DNA of 27,938 nt from a virus (taxonomy: Duplodnaviria > Caudoviricetes), in the IMG/VR virus record IMGVR_UViG_3300005512_000260, positions 1 to 27,938 of that record; one strand, 5' to 3'. The position numbers and the translations under genes are program-made. The stretch's first letter is position 1, and the number at the start of each line of letters is the position of its first letter. Below the pieces are notes generated by a model that had not been told where the DNA came from, ran no database searches, and was given only the letters and a program-made list of their open reading frames with translations. Below are positions 1 to 8,777 of this stretch, one piece after another.

Positions 1-2207
1 CGGACATCACCGCTCCCGTCCTGCAGCGCCTTGATGCTGGGCCGCACGCCCTGGTTGAGGTAGTAGCTGTCAACGGGGATCACGCGGGCCGTGGAGCCAC
101 CGCCGCCGCCGCCCGCAGCATCCTCAAACGTTACACCTCCGCTGCCGTCTGCTGTTGCTACCTGCCCGACTGTCGCAGCACCTGAGTCGATACCGGAAGC
201 GGGGAGGTTGGTGATGCCCGCGCCGCTGCCAACAAACTGATCTCCTGTCTTGATCTTATCGGGCGAGTAGACCCCTATGTCGCCGCTCGTCGCTTCTGCG
301 AATAGTCCTGTAGAATTAGCCGTGAAGTACCCACCGTAAGAGCCTCCGAGCGCTTGCCCGTAAACGCCGTAGTTGACCGCAATCCCGCTCACCCCATAAT
401 CGCCAGGGTTTGCAATGCCGTAGAGAGCGTAGTCGCCGGCCGACTGTGCAACGAGCGCGAAGCTGCCTGCTGTGCCTGCTCTGATGACACCCGACGCGGG
501 AACGTTCGCCGCTCCTGCCGCTAGATAGCCAGCACTAACCTGTACACTCGGCCCTTGAAAATCCCATGCTCGATAGGTGATCCCATCATCGAAATCCACT
601 CGGGGTATCCCCAGCGTAGAGTACAGCACGCGGTTCGCAACATCCCACACCTGATAGCCAGACGTGTCGTAGGTAGCCGCCATGTTAGTAACGGAGTTGC
701 CGTCAAGGTTGAGGGGGCCGGTCATCGTCCCCCCCGCCAAAGGCAGGTAGCTTGCCGCCGTAATATCATCCGGCACCTGCCCATCCGTAACCGCCCCAGC
801 CATCGCGGATAGCACAAGCTCGGACTGGTTGCTGTAGGCCGCGTCGCCTAGGTCTGCCGCCTGCAACGCGCTATCCGCCAGCGCCCCCTGCGCCGCCGTG
901 GCAAAGTCCGTGCCGTTGCTGTAAGCCGCGCTTCCAAGAGGAACACCGCCAGGGCCGAAGAATCCACCTTCAGCAGTGATGCTCCCGTCGCCATGAGACT
1001 CCGCGCCGTCGCCTGCTACGATTGAATTATCATTCGAGACCGTTACAGCCCCGAGTCCAATGGATGCGTTCCCCGTCATGATGTTGGTTTCGCCAGCAGT
1101 GAGGTACACGAGAGCCAGGTTTCCTATTCCGTCGAGCCCGGCAGTTCCAATCTCAACCCGTGAACTTGTAGAACCAACGGCTCCTCGAACCTGTGATCCG
1201 TTTGCGTAGTTGTTAAACACTATGGTCCCACCTGTGTTCACGCCATGGAACGAAGCCCCGCGGACGCTGGACCCAAACGTGTTTGTGGACAGATCGCCCA
1301 CGTACCCCAAGACCTGAATGGCGTACGATGAGTTTCCTATCGTAATTGTGGCAGGCAAAGAGTTCCCAATCTTTCCCGCAATCAGGTGCCCTTGCCCGTT
1401 TCCTAACGTGACTGTAGACCCAGCTTCATCAGTGTGAGCCTCCACATTCCCGAGGTTCTCAACGTCGTTATCTTGGGCATCAAGAGATCCGCCAAGCTGC
1501 GGCGTCGTATCCTCGACGACGTTGGCCAGTTTAGTTGCAATTGCCGCATCCTGCACGTCGTTGCTCGCGTTCACGTCGGTCGTGAGCGTGTAATAGGTTA
1601 GGTTCGAGGATGCTACAGAAACCGCGGTTGTGCTTACGTAGGTCGAGACCCACGTATAGGTGGGCGTGACGTTGCTGTAGGTGTTCACCCAGTCGTACGC
1701 CTCGTCCCACTCTGCAGTGTTGTTCGTCCCATATGTATAGGAAAGCTGGATGCTGGCCGTGTCCCCGATGAAGTTGGTGGTGTCCCAGGCTGACCACTCT
1801 CGGGCGATTGTGCCTCGGGCGAGAGTCTTGTACTGCACGGGGTCCGTTTCCTGCACCTGGGTGATCTCAGCCTTGTAGCTGGCCCAGACGGGGATATTGG
1901 TGCTGGCCACCGTCAGCGTGGCATTCGTCCCGCCGGCGATCGCGAAGGGCCCAGCCTCTAGGGCGATGTCTCCACCCTCCTCTTTGAACACTCTGATCAG
2001 AACGTTGCCATCTGACACCGAGAAAGAAAAGTCGACGTCTATAGCCTCCGTACGGCTCGACCAGATCCATTCGAATGCGTCCCAGTCTGCCTCCCCGTCA
2101 TAGGCATCGAATGTTCCCGTTGATGTATGAGGCGTCAAAGCCACAGCCGTGCAGGAAAGCATGACCGTGGCTATCAGTGCGACAAACAGATTGTGAGGCA
2201 TTCTCAT
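1..2207 (-). CDS. Tail fibre/spike-like virion protein (>735 aa, C-terminus beyond window), with signal-peptide-like N-terminus
   Basis: Not in the ORF track because it has no stop in the window. Manual translation from ATG 2207 (ATGA overlap with the upstream stop) is open to base 1. Contains the common phage fibre motifs VVEDTTPQLGGSLD, FATAAQGALADSALQ and YLPLAGGTMTGPL; Gly/Ser/Thr-rich. Confidence 0.8.
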   Translation of the reverse strand, partial: MRMPHNLFVALIATVMLSCTAVALTPHTSTGTFDAYDGEADWDAFEWIWSSRTEAIDVDFSFSVSDGNVLIRVFKEEGGDIALEAGPFAIAGGTNATLTVASTNIPVWASYKAEITQVQETDPVQYKTLARGTIAREWSAWDTTNFIGDTASIQLSYTYGTNNTAEWDEAYDWVNTYSNVTPTYTWVSTYVSTTAVSVASSNLTYYTLTTDVNASNDVQDAAIATKLANVVEDTTPQLGGSLDAQDNDVENLGNVEAHTDEAGSTVTLGNGQGHLIAGKIGNSLPATITIGNSSYAIQVLGYVGDLSTNTFGSSVRGASFHGVNTGGTIVFNNYANGSQVRGAVGSTSSRVEIGTAGLDGIGNLALVYLTAGETNIMTGNASIGLGAVTVSNDNSIVAGDGAESHGDGSITAEGGFFGPGGVPLGSAAYSNGTDFATAAQGALADSALQAADLGDAAYSNQSELVLSAMAGAVTDGQVPDDITAASYLPLAGGTMTGPLNLDGNSVTNMAATYDTSGYQVWDVANRVLYSTLGIPRVDFDDGITYRAWDFQGPSVQVSAGYLAAGAANVPASGVIRAGTAGSFALVAQSAGDYALYGIANPGDYGVSGIAVNYGVYGQALGGSYGGYFTANSTGLFAEATSGDIGVYSPDKIKTGDQFVGSGAGITNLPASGIDSGAATVGQVATADGSGGVTFEDAAGGGGGGSTARVIPVDSYYLNQGVRPSIKALQDGSGDV

Positions 2208-2518
2208 GGCGATTCTTCTCCTGCTGGCGGTGGTGCGGTTTGAATTGTTTTGTCCTGTTGCTGAAGATCTGCGACGACGAGCCCCACGAGCATATCGCGA
2301 TAGTTGTCATGCACTCCCACTGTATCCCCGACCGCTGTGACGTCGGCAGGCAGATCTGTGGTGACGGTGCTGACGTAAAGGCTCGCTGGCCTCTCCTGCG
2401 CCAGCCGGCGGACGGATCGGTCGATCGAGAGATAGTAGTGCTCGGCGAGAAACTGATAGGGGAAAACGCTATCTCCGAGTAGTGGCCGGCAATCGTCTAT
2501 GATGTCCTGGACGGTCAT
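2204..2518 (-). CDS. Putative head-tail adaptor/completion protein
   Basis: N-terminus MTVQDIIDDCRPLLGD...LAQERP is typical of podovirus adaptor-like proteins; ATGA overlaps on both sides. Confidence 0.55.
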   Translation of the reverse strand: MTVQDIIDDCRPLLGDSVFPYQFLAEHYYLSIDRSVRRLAQERPASLYVSTVTTDLPADVTAVGDTVGVHDNYRDMLVGLVVADLQQQDKTIQTAPPPAGEESP

Positions 2519-3135
2519 GAGCTTCCTCCTATGCTTCCGTCACGGTATTCCGCGGCGATGTCGGCTTTGGCCTTGGCGATCCAGTTCCGGAAGTCCAGAC
2601 GTTGCGCTTCGGCTTCGGCCTTGTCCGTCCAGGTTTCCTGCGGGATCTTCAGGAGCGAAGCCAGAGCCCCCGACTGAATGGCCTCGGCGTAGTTGTTGAG
2701 CACCCAATCAGGAAGATCGGATGCTGATAGGTGGGGGACCAGTACAGCCTGCACATCGAGACCGCTGGTGACGTCGTCGGTGGGGGCCGTGTCGAAGGTC
2801 AGTACGTTGGTGTTCGGATTGAAGCTGTAGTCGCGCCAGTTGATGACGGCGCCCTTGTCTCCGTTCGTGACGCCGGTCTCGCTGTTCCATCGAACCTCAA
2901 CGATGACATCGATGCGGGCTGCGTACGTCACGGTGGATACCGTGGGGGCCAGCGTGTACTCCTTGGTGCCGTCGACCAGGTCGTAGCTATCAAGGTCTGG
3001 GCGCCAGACACGAGACTTCAGGCAGTACTTACGCGCAGCTTGAAGAATGTGCTGAGTGAAAAGGGGTTCGGGACACCCCGGCACCATCGCATGTGCGAAA
3101 GGAAATAGATCTGAAAATGCCGTGATGCGTGCCAT
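2515..3135 (-). CDS. Phage head-tail adaptor protein
   Basis: Pattern VPGCPEPLF..ILQAARKYC..S.VWR and C-terminal YAEAIQSGALASLLKIP..TW; position downstream of the capsid genes. Confidence 0.7.
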   Translation of the reverse strand: MARITAFSDLFPFAHAMVPGCPEPLFTQHILQAARKYCLKSRVWRPDLDSYDLVDGTKEYTLAPTVSTVTYAARIDVIVEVRWNSETGVTNGDKGAVINWRDYSFNPNTNVLTFDTAPTDDVTSGLDVQAVLVPHLSASDLPDWVLNNYAEAIQSGALASLLKIPQETWTDKAEAEAQRLDFRNWIAKAKADIAAEYRDGSIGGSS

Positions 3136-3153
3136 AGGGTGTCCCTTTCATCG

Positions 3154-3717
3154 TTACGCCTGCGCTTTGGCCTGCTTATCGAAGAACTCGTCGCGCTCTT
3201 TGTTGCCTTGGGCCAGTGATGCAAGAAACTCTTTCTCGCTCGCGGCCTTGAGTCTGGTGTACACGTACTTCTTGACCTTGCCGACCTTCTTCCGCGGTTG
3301 CCCGGGCTTCTGCTCGTACTGGTTGTGGACAGCGTGGTCTGCGATCTCAAGGTAACTCTCGGGGAGGATAACCTCGGTCTCGCGCTTACAAATCATGACA
3401 TCGCCATTCAGGGTCAACGTGACGTCCTCTTCGTCATTCGGGCTCGTCTTCGCCTGGAAGATGACGCGATGATACTTCATCTTCGGTGGCAGGTTGCTTG
3501 CCGCACCGTTCGACTCTGCCTCGGCTGCTGCGTCAAGCTGGTCGAGCATTCCCTTGGGAACGACCGACGTGTCGAACAGAACCCAACCGCCCTGGTTCTT
3601 GTATGCCCGCCAGATCTTGTCATCAAGCTCCTTGTCTTTGCGGTACTGCTCTGCGGTTTCTTTGTTCGGGAACGGTGTGCCCTTGTCGGACAGTTTCATT
3701 GGATTGGCTGCGCTCAT
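3154..3717 (-). CDS. Conserved hypothetical protein of the capsid module
   Basis: GGAGG RBS; motif LNG....KRE.EV.LPE.YLEI is common in genes next to N4-gp56-type capsids. Confidence 0.6.
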   Translation of the reverse strand: MSAANPMKLSDKGTPFPNKETAEQYRKDKELDDKIWRAYKNQGGWVLFDTSVVPKGMLDQLDAAAEAESNGAASNLPPKMKYHRVIFQAKTSPNDEEDVTLTLNGDVMICKRETEVILPESYLEIADHAVHNQYEQKPGQPRKKVGKVKKYVYTRLKAASEKEFLASLAQGNKERDEFFDKQAKAQA

Positions 3718-3754
3718 TGGCTTCTATGCCTCCTGCATGGGGGGTGTTGTGTTG

Positions 3755-3793
3755 AAAAGGGTAGGGGGACCACCCAGTGTGGCCCCCCGTCCC
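3755..3793 (-). terminator. GC-rich hairpin with short U-tract
   Basis: Minus strand GGGGGCCAC-ACTGG-GTGGTCCCC hairpin followed by CCCTTTT, just after the stop at 3805. Confidence 0.5.
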
Positions 3794-3804
3794 TGATTTA
3801 CGGA

Positions 3805-4539
3805 CTAGTCGTCGTACTTGATCGCCTTGAACGACTGCAATTCGTCGTTCACGTTGACCACGGTCGTGGAACTGAGCAGGAACCCTGCGAGGGTCTGCTC
3901 ACCAACGGCCTGCGGCTTGTAATCATACATGCCGCCGATGAAACGGATCGTTCCGCTTCCGATGGCACGGGACAGCGTGACCTCGTCGGCCGCTTCGCCC
4001 TGTGTCGCCGTCAGTGCCTCGATCGTCGCCCAGTACTCTTTCGGACGGGCTTCGCCGCCACGAGAGATGAGCACACGGCTGCCGGCACCAATGTAGTCGC
4101 CGGTGACGTCCTCGTTGAAGTGGCCAGTACGGTTGGCCGAGGTGTCCAGCGTCCAGGTGTCGATGTTCACAGCAACGGCATCGCCGCTCTGGTTCATCGG
4201 TGCCAGGTCTGGACCATAACGGTAGTCACGGTCGTCGCGTACGAGGTACACGCCTTCGCCATAAGCGACGGAGGTCTGCAGTGCGGCGGTCAAGAGAACG
4301 CCACCCTCGTAGGGCTGGATGCCTGCGCCAGCGGCCAGATCGTCCTGGGTATCGCCAGCACCGGGGATCAGAACGCCTTCGATTGCCGAGGCATCGCGCA
4401 TGTTCTTATCCCAGTAGATGTGAGGAGCCACCGCGCCGGCATCGCCGGGAGCCATGACAATCACTTCGTCGGGGACGAAGCCACAAGCGATGTAAACCGC
4501 TGCGCCAGTCCCATTGAAAGTTCCAGATACGCACTTCAT
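3805..4539 (-). CDS. Putative capsid cement/decoration protein
   Basis: Directly downstream of the major capsid gene; N-terminal GTFNGTGAAVYIACGFVPD motif; beta-rich composition; strong RBS. Confidence 0.6.
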   Translation of the reverse strand: MKCVSGTFNGTGAAVYIACGFVPDEVIVMAPGDAGAVAPHIYWDKNMRDASAIEGVLIPGAGDTQDDLAAGAGIQPYEGGVLLTAALQTSVAYGEGVYLVRDDRDYRYGPDLAPMNQSGDAVAVNIDTWTLDTSANRTGHFNEDVTGDYIGAGSRVLISRGGEARPKEYWATIEALTATQGEAADEVTLSRAIGSGTIRFIGGMYDYKPQAVGEQTLAGFLLSSTTVVNVNDELQSFKAIKYDD

Positions 4540-4574
4540 TGTTCGTTTCCTTCCTTATTCTGTTTCAGGTCTAT

Positions 4575-4607
4575 GGGTTACCCCCTCAACGTGAGGGGGG
4601 TGTTCCC
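4575..4607 (-). promoter_or_regulatory. Intergenic stem-loop after the capsid gene (mRNA stability or step-down)
   Basis: CCCCCTCA-CGT-TGAGGGGG inverted repeat with no U-tract. Confidence 0.45.
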
Positions 4608-4620
4608 GTTACATTGCTGT

Positions 4621-5634
4621 CTAGCTCGGGTTCGCGGTGGCCGCGCACTCGATACGAGCAATCCACTGCTCATTCAGGATAGCCGCGGCGAACCACGTCT
4701 TCCAACCAACCGAACCCTTCTGACCCAGCGGGTCGCCGCCACGAGGCGTCGGGTTCAGGACGGCGATGTTCACGGCCTGACGTCCCTGAAGGCGGACACA
4801 AGCGTACGCATCGCGTGCAACCACCAGAAGCGGATACACGTCTGCCGAGGATGCCCCTGACGGGATCGATCCATTCGACAGGTAAGTGGTGCCAGAAGCA
4901 CCAGCGGCCGACCAGGGCTCGAACATCGGCGTCAGAATGAAGCGAACCTGCTCCACCGAACCGATTTCGCCGGCCTGTGCCTGCCCGGGATTGCCATAAG
5001 CAACCACGTTCACGAATCCCGTGATCCCGCGAATGTCGGAATCGAGGTCCGTGTGCCCCATTGCGAAGTAACCGCGCTCAACGCCCTGCGTCGAGATCTT
5101 CGCCGTCGGGCCGATGATCTGCGTCAGCGGGGAGGCCAGTGCGCGGGAGAACCCACGGGTGACCTTGCGGAGATCGCCACGAGTGACGGGTGAATTCACC
5201 AGCGTACGAGATGCCACGCCGGCTGCGTAGAAGACGTTCGTCCCGCCCTTCAGCACGTCGATCGTCAGCGACTCGATGACCTTGGCGAACTGTTCGCCAC
5301 TGCGGTCCATTGCCACCTGGAGGATCGGATCCTCGTGGGTGTCGGTGATGTGGTCTGTGAGTTCAGCGACATCGCCATACTGCTGCAGCGTGGCGGTGTA
5401 ATCGGTGAACGTGATCGCGTGTCCCGCGGGGGCCACACCTTCCGCCAGCGGTGCGGTCGTCACAGGGAAACTGTGATACCGGCGCCACTTGCGAACCTTG
5501 CCGCTGTTCTGCTTATGGGTGTCCATCTGCCCGAACCGCTGCGTTACCATCAGAGGCTGACCAACTCGAAGCAAACGAGCTGCTGCCTTGACGCCTACTC
5601 TGGGGGAAAGATCCCCATATGTGTTGACTGCCAT
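4621..5634 (-). CDS. Major capsid protein, N4-gp56 family
   Basis: Family motifs TYGDLSPR, PLAEGVAP, LQQYGD, GEIGSVEQVRFI, DPLGQKGSVGWK and ILNEQWIARIE. Confidence 0.93.
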   Translation of the reverse strand: MAVNTYGDLSPRVGVKAAARLLRVGQPLMVTQRFGQMDTHKQNSGKVRKWRRYHSFPVTTAPLAEGVAPAGHAITFTDYTATLQQYGDVAELTDHITDTHEDPILQVAMDRSGEQFAKVIESLTIDVLKGGTNVFYAAGVASRTLVNSPVTRGDLRKVTRGFSRALASPLTQIIGPTAKISTQGVERGYFAMGHTDLDSDIRGITGFVNVVAYGNPGQAQAGEIGSVEQVRFILTPMFEPWSAAGASGTTYLSNGSIPSGASSADVYPLLVVARDAYACVRLQGRQAVNIAVLNPTPRGGDPLGQKGSVGWKTWFAAAILNEQWIARIECAATANPS

Positions 5635-5670
5635 TCTTCCTACTCCTTGTTTTTACCTGCTCTTTGCTCG

Positions 5671-5687
5671 GGGTCTCGTAGGTCCTC
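5671..5687 (-). promoter_or_regulatory. Candidate Com-binding RNA motif in the capsid 5' leader
   Basis: Minus strand reads GAG-GA-CC-TAC-GAG-AC-CC, lying between the Com-like gene and the capsid RBS. Confidence 0.6.
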
Positions 5688-5711
5688 TGGCGTCAAAGCA
5701 TTCCCTTGTTC

Positions 5712-5909
5712 TTACTTCGGCTTATGAAACTGCGGCCTTTCGCCGCAACGTCCACACTCTACTTCGATGCCTGTCCCGCCTCCGAGCACACCCTTGAACA
5801 GGATGCGGTCGCAGTTGGGGCAGCGATGAATCTTCTCCCGTCCGATTGGGAGTCGATTCGCATGGCGATCATACTCGCCATTCCGTACCCGTCTGCGTTC
5901 GCTAGGCAT
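5712..5909 (-). CDS. Mu Com-family zinc-ribbon translational regulator (65 aa)
   Basis: RCPNCDRILFK...IEVECGRC resembles Mu Com (RCKNCNKLLFK...IEIRCPRC). True start is likely ATG 5909, overlapping the scaffold stop and preceded by GAGGA, rather than the track start at 6113. Confidence 0.8.
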   Translation of the reverse strand: MPSERRRVRNGEYDRHANRLPIGREKIHRCPNCDRILFKGVLGGGTGIEVECGRCGERPQFHKPK

Positions 5910-6948
5910 CAGCTTCCTCATCAAATGCACTGTCAAGATCTTCGTCACTGTCAGTCTCGCCGCTCTTCTGGACGGACTTTTTCTGCCTGGTCGTGGCAGC
6001 GTTGAGCTTGTCCTTCTTGGCTTTCGCCTCGCGCTGATCCTTGGCAACACGTTCAGCTTCGGCCTTCTTCTCATCTGCGGCGGCCTTGGCTTCGTCCGTC
6101 TTGGTCTCAACACCGGTCTCAGACTTGAACCGGTTCAGAATCTGCGCAATGTCAGCCGCATCGGTCACGGCGTCCATGTACTCCTGATACCGCTCGGACT
6201 GCTTGTTGCCCCACTCCTGGAAGTCGTCCGACGCGATAATGTCAGCCGCATCTGGGTGGCCGTGCTTCTCATCGCCGAGAGTCTCGTACAGAGCCTGCTC
6301 TGCAGCAGCCTGAGCCTGAGATGTGATCATCTCGCGCACCGGGGTGATCTCGCCCGTCATCTTGTCGAACATGTGGCCCATCATGGCCTTCATCGCGTTG
6401 CTGATCTCGGGGAACATCTCGACGAACTCACCCATGGTCTTGGGCATCGGGGCCTCTTCGGTCCCGCCGTCACCGATCTCCATGTCCTTGAGAGAATCGA
6501 GGGCACCGTCCAGAAACTCTGAACGAGCCGTGTCCTTAGCTTCGGTTGCGGCCTTCTCGGCAGCAGCCTTCTGCTTTTCGGTGGGCTCGGTCGGCTTCTT
6601 GGCTGCGGCAGCTTCACGTTCCCGGGCAGCCTTGTCCTCTTCGGACTCTGCGGCCTTGGCAGCCTCTGCAGCTTTCGCCTCTTCGTCGGCAGCAGCCTTC
6701 TCGACAGCGGCTTTCTCTTCGGCTTCCTTCTCTTCGGGAGTCTGCTCTTCAGCGGCAGCAGCTTCTGCTTCATCAGCAGCCTTTTCCTCAGGGGTCTGCT
6801 CTTCGGCTGCGGCAGCCTCAGCGGCAGCTTCTGCGGCCGTGGTGTCGCCGTCGTCCTCGTCAAATGCAGCGTCAAGCTCGTTCGCCTCTTCGGGCGTTTC
6901 GAGTCCGCTATCGACTACTTGCTCATTGGCTTCTGTGTCGTCTGGCAT
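5902..6948 (-). CDS. Capsid scaffolding protein
   Basis: Highly acidic, Ala/Glu-rich coiled coil upstream of the capsid gene; HPDA.DI..S.DFQEW motif seen in scaffolds of this capsid type. Confidence 0.75.
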   Translation of the reverse strand: MPDDTEANEQVVDSGLETPEEANELDAAFDEDDGDTTAAEAAAEAAAAEEQTPEEKAADEAEAAAAEEQTPEEKEAEEKAAVEKAAADEEAKAAEAAKAAESEEDKAAREREAAAAKKPTEPTEKQKAAAEKAATEAKDTARSEFLDGALDSLKDMEIGDGGTEEAPMPKTMGEFVEMFPEISNAMKAMMGHMFDKMTGEITPVREMITSQAQAAAEQALYETLGDEKHGHPDAADIIASDDFQEWGNKQSERYQEYMDAVTDAADIAQILNRFKSETGVETKTDEAKAAADEKKAEAERVAKDQREAKAKKDKLNAATTRQKKSVQKSGETDSDEDLDSAFDEEADA

Positions 6949-6977
6949 CGTGTTTCTCCGTTACGTGTTCTCTTGAC

Positions 6978-7054
6978 TGGTAGCAGGAGTAGGATTTGAA
7001 CCTACGACCTCCAGGCTATGAACCTAGCGAGCTCCCGGACTGCTCCATCCTGCA
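6978..7054 (-). tRNA. tRNA-Met(CAT), initiator-like
   Basis: Full cloverleaf TGCAGGA TG GAGC AGTCCGGGA GCTC G CTAGG TTCATAG CCTGG AGGTC GTAGG TTCAAAT CCTAC TCCTGCT ACCA; encoded CCA; 1:72 mismatch and A11-U24 as in tRNA-fMet. Confidence 0.93.
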
Positions 7055-7062
7055 CCTAAAAA

Positions 7063-7836
7063 CTAGTCGTCACCAAGATTCGCCCAGATGATGGTGACCG
7101 TCGCGTCCACCGTATTCGTGGTGTCCGCATCGATATCGCCGCCATCCAAAAGGATATTGCAATAGACGTCCTTCGCAGTGGCGGTCCCGTCAAAGTAGGA
7201 TTCGGCCACGGTATCCAGGGCGCTGACTGCATCGGTTACGTTCGTGACCGGATCGATAGACACTTTCGCGTCCGTCAGGTCAATCTCGGTAGTCGACAGG
7301 TCAGAGCCCGTACCGACGGTCGTGCCAAAGGAGAAGTCGCCCCCATGGTCGTTGTCGATAACTGAGTTCGTGGCAAACGTGAAGTCCTCCACCTGGAACC
7401 CGAGGATATAGATCTGCCCCTCTGGGAAGTCGTATATCTTCGTGCCTCCGCAGCTATTGGTGGAACCGGTCAGGTCTGTCACGACAATCGGCGTGTCGTC
7501 CAGCACGATGATGGTCTTCTGAATGTATGCCAGGCTTTCGGTGGCGGTTTCCGTTGACCCCGTAGCAGAGCCTACGCCATCCACGGCGCCGTCCATCGCG
7601 TTGAGCTCGGTAACGGTGGCGGTGATGCCGTCCATCGCATTCAACTCAGCCGCCGTTGCAGTGATCTCGACTCCGGCCATCTTGAGCTTGCCGCCCTCAA
7701 TGTCGATCACGCCGCCAGTGTCAACCTTCACAACGTCGTTGATGACTTTCGGCAGGGCTTCGGCAGGAGTCGCGAGGATTCCTACAAAGGCGATGAGTGC
7801 GATGATGGCCCAGATAGATGTCAGTGTGCGTTTCAT
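7063..7836 (-). CDS. Putative head fibre/decoration protein with Sec-type signal peptide
   Basis: Tandem ITATxxELNAMDG repeats typical of phage fibres; N-terminal MKR + hydrophobic stretch + AEA; GGAGG RBS. Confidence 0.65.
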   Translation of the reverse strand: MKRTLTSIWAIIALIAFVGILATPAEALPKVINDVVKVDTGGVIDIEGGKLKMAGVEITATAAELNAMDGITATVTELNAMDGAVDGVGSATGSTETATESLAYIQKTIIVLDDTPIVVTDLTGSTNSCGGTKIYDFPEGQIYILGFQVEDFTFATNSVIDNDHGGDFSFGTTVGTGSDLSTTEIDLTDAKVSIDPVTNVTDAVSALDTVAESYFDGTATAKDVYCNILLDGGDIDADTTNTVDATVTIIWANLGDD

Positions 7837-7898
7837 GATGTGGTCCTCCAGTTGTCGGGTCAGTTATTGGGTCGTTCAGTTTCCGGGTCAGTTAACGG

Positions 7899-8351
7899 TT
7901 AAGCAGTGATGGCGTTACTTCCGCCCTGCTGGACGATCGATCCGCCTTCGATGAACACCAGGCCAAAGCCATTGGTGACGAGAATGCCGCGGTTGGCTAC
8001 TCGGGCAGCCCGAAGCTCGGCGCCGGTTTCATTGCGAGAGATAAGCACGAACGGATCTTCCCCCACCGGCGTCACCTTGCTGAGATCCTTGTTGATCTCG
8101 GCAGCTTCGGCAGCATCCTTGGCGTCCTGCTTTTCTTTGGCAGCGGCTTCGGCAGCATCAGCTTCAGCGGCTACTTCTTCCGGAGTCTGCTCGGCAGCTT
8201 CGGCAGCATCCTTGGCGTCCTGCTTTTCTTTGGCAGCGGCTTCGGCAGCATCAGCTTCAGCGGCTACTTCTTCCGGAGTCTGCTCGGCACCTTTGGGAAC
8301 TTCGACGGTCTCTTCGGGCTTCTGGTCTTCGGCTGGTTTCTTTGCGGACAT
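7899..8351 (-). CDS. Acidic hypothetical protein with a duplicated 31-aa segment
   Basis: ORF track; GGAGAG RBS; lies in the head operon. Confidence 0.75.
   Translation of the reverse strand: MSAKKPAEDQKPEETVEVPKGAEQTPEEVAAEADAAEAAAKEKQDAKDAAEAAEQTPEEVAAEADAAEAAAKEKQDAKDAAEAAEINKDLSKVTPVGEDPFVLISRNETGAELRAARVANRGILVTNGFGLVFIEGGSIVQQGGSNAITA
8097..8289. repeat. Perfect 93-bp in-frame tandem duplication
   Basis: 8097-8189 is identical to 8190-8282, plus 7 further matching bases. Confidence 0.95.
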
Positions 8352-8363
8352 GGGAGGTCTCCT

Positions 8364-8642
8364 CTACTTTTCGCGCCTGGCGCGTTGCGTTATTGCTTCG
8401 GATGCTTCGTCAGGAGCCCCTATCACGGCATTCAGGGCCGCGACTGCTCCTGCCTTATACACCCAGTCTTCTGTCAAATCTTCGGGGCAGCGTCTCGGGG
8501 ATGACTCGTTCTCTTTCCGGAGTCGGTCCCGCAGCTCAGTGGCGGTTTCGAGGACGACTTTGGTTGAGGCATAGCTCATGGATTGCGCAACGGCAGACTG
8601 CTCATGGTCTTCTCGCTTGGCGATCCCTAGTCTGTATCCCAC
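8364..8642 (-). CDS. Hypothetical helical protein (92 aa), first gene of the head operon
   Basis: GGAGG 8 nt before GTG 8642; the track start at 8690 falls inside a terminator. Confidence 0.7.
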   Translation of the reverse strand: MGYRLGIAKREDHEQSAVAQSMSYASTKVVLETATELRDRLRKENESSPRRCPEDLTEDWVYKAGAVAALNAVIGAPDEASEAITQRARREK

Positions 8643-8675
8643 GGTCTGATCCTCCGTTGAGTGAATCGGGGCAAT

Positions 8676-8710
8676 AAAAAAAGCCAACACGTACGTTGCA
8701 ACGTGTTGGC
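8676..8710 (-). terminator. Strong intrinsic terminator
   Basis: GCCAACACGT-8 nt-ACGTGTTGGC perfect 10-bp stem followed by T7. Confidence 0.85.
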
Positions 8711-8777
8711 CTTCTTAAACTGCAAATACAGCCCCGGGTCATGACTCCCGATACTGCCCGTCTCACTTCATACTCAA

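Noticed and set aside
1-2207. Enrichment of N-x-S/T sequons in the fibre protein
   Set aside because: About 11 counted by eye, not clearly above expectation for an Asn/Ser/Thr-rich protein.
3298-4860. 520-aa plus-strand ORF
   Set aside because: Antisense shadow of well-supported capsid-module genes; no motifs.
5910-6113. N-terminal extension of the Com-like ORF, or a scaffold-Com frameshift fusion
   Set aside because: A coupled ATG with RBS exists at 5909; no convincing evidence for a frameshift.
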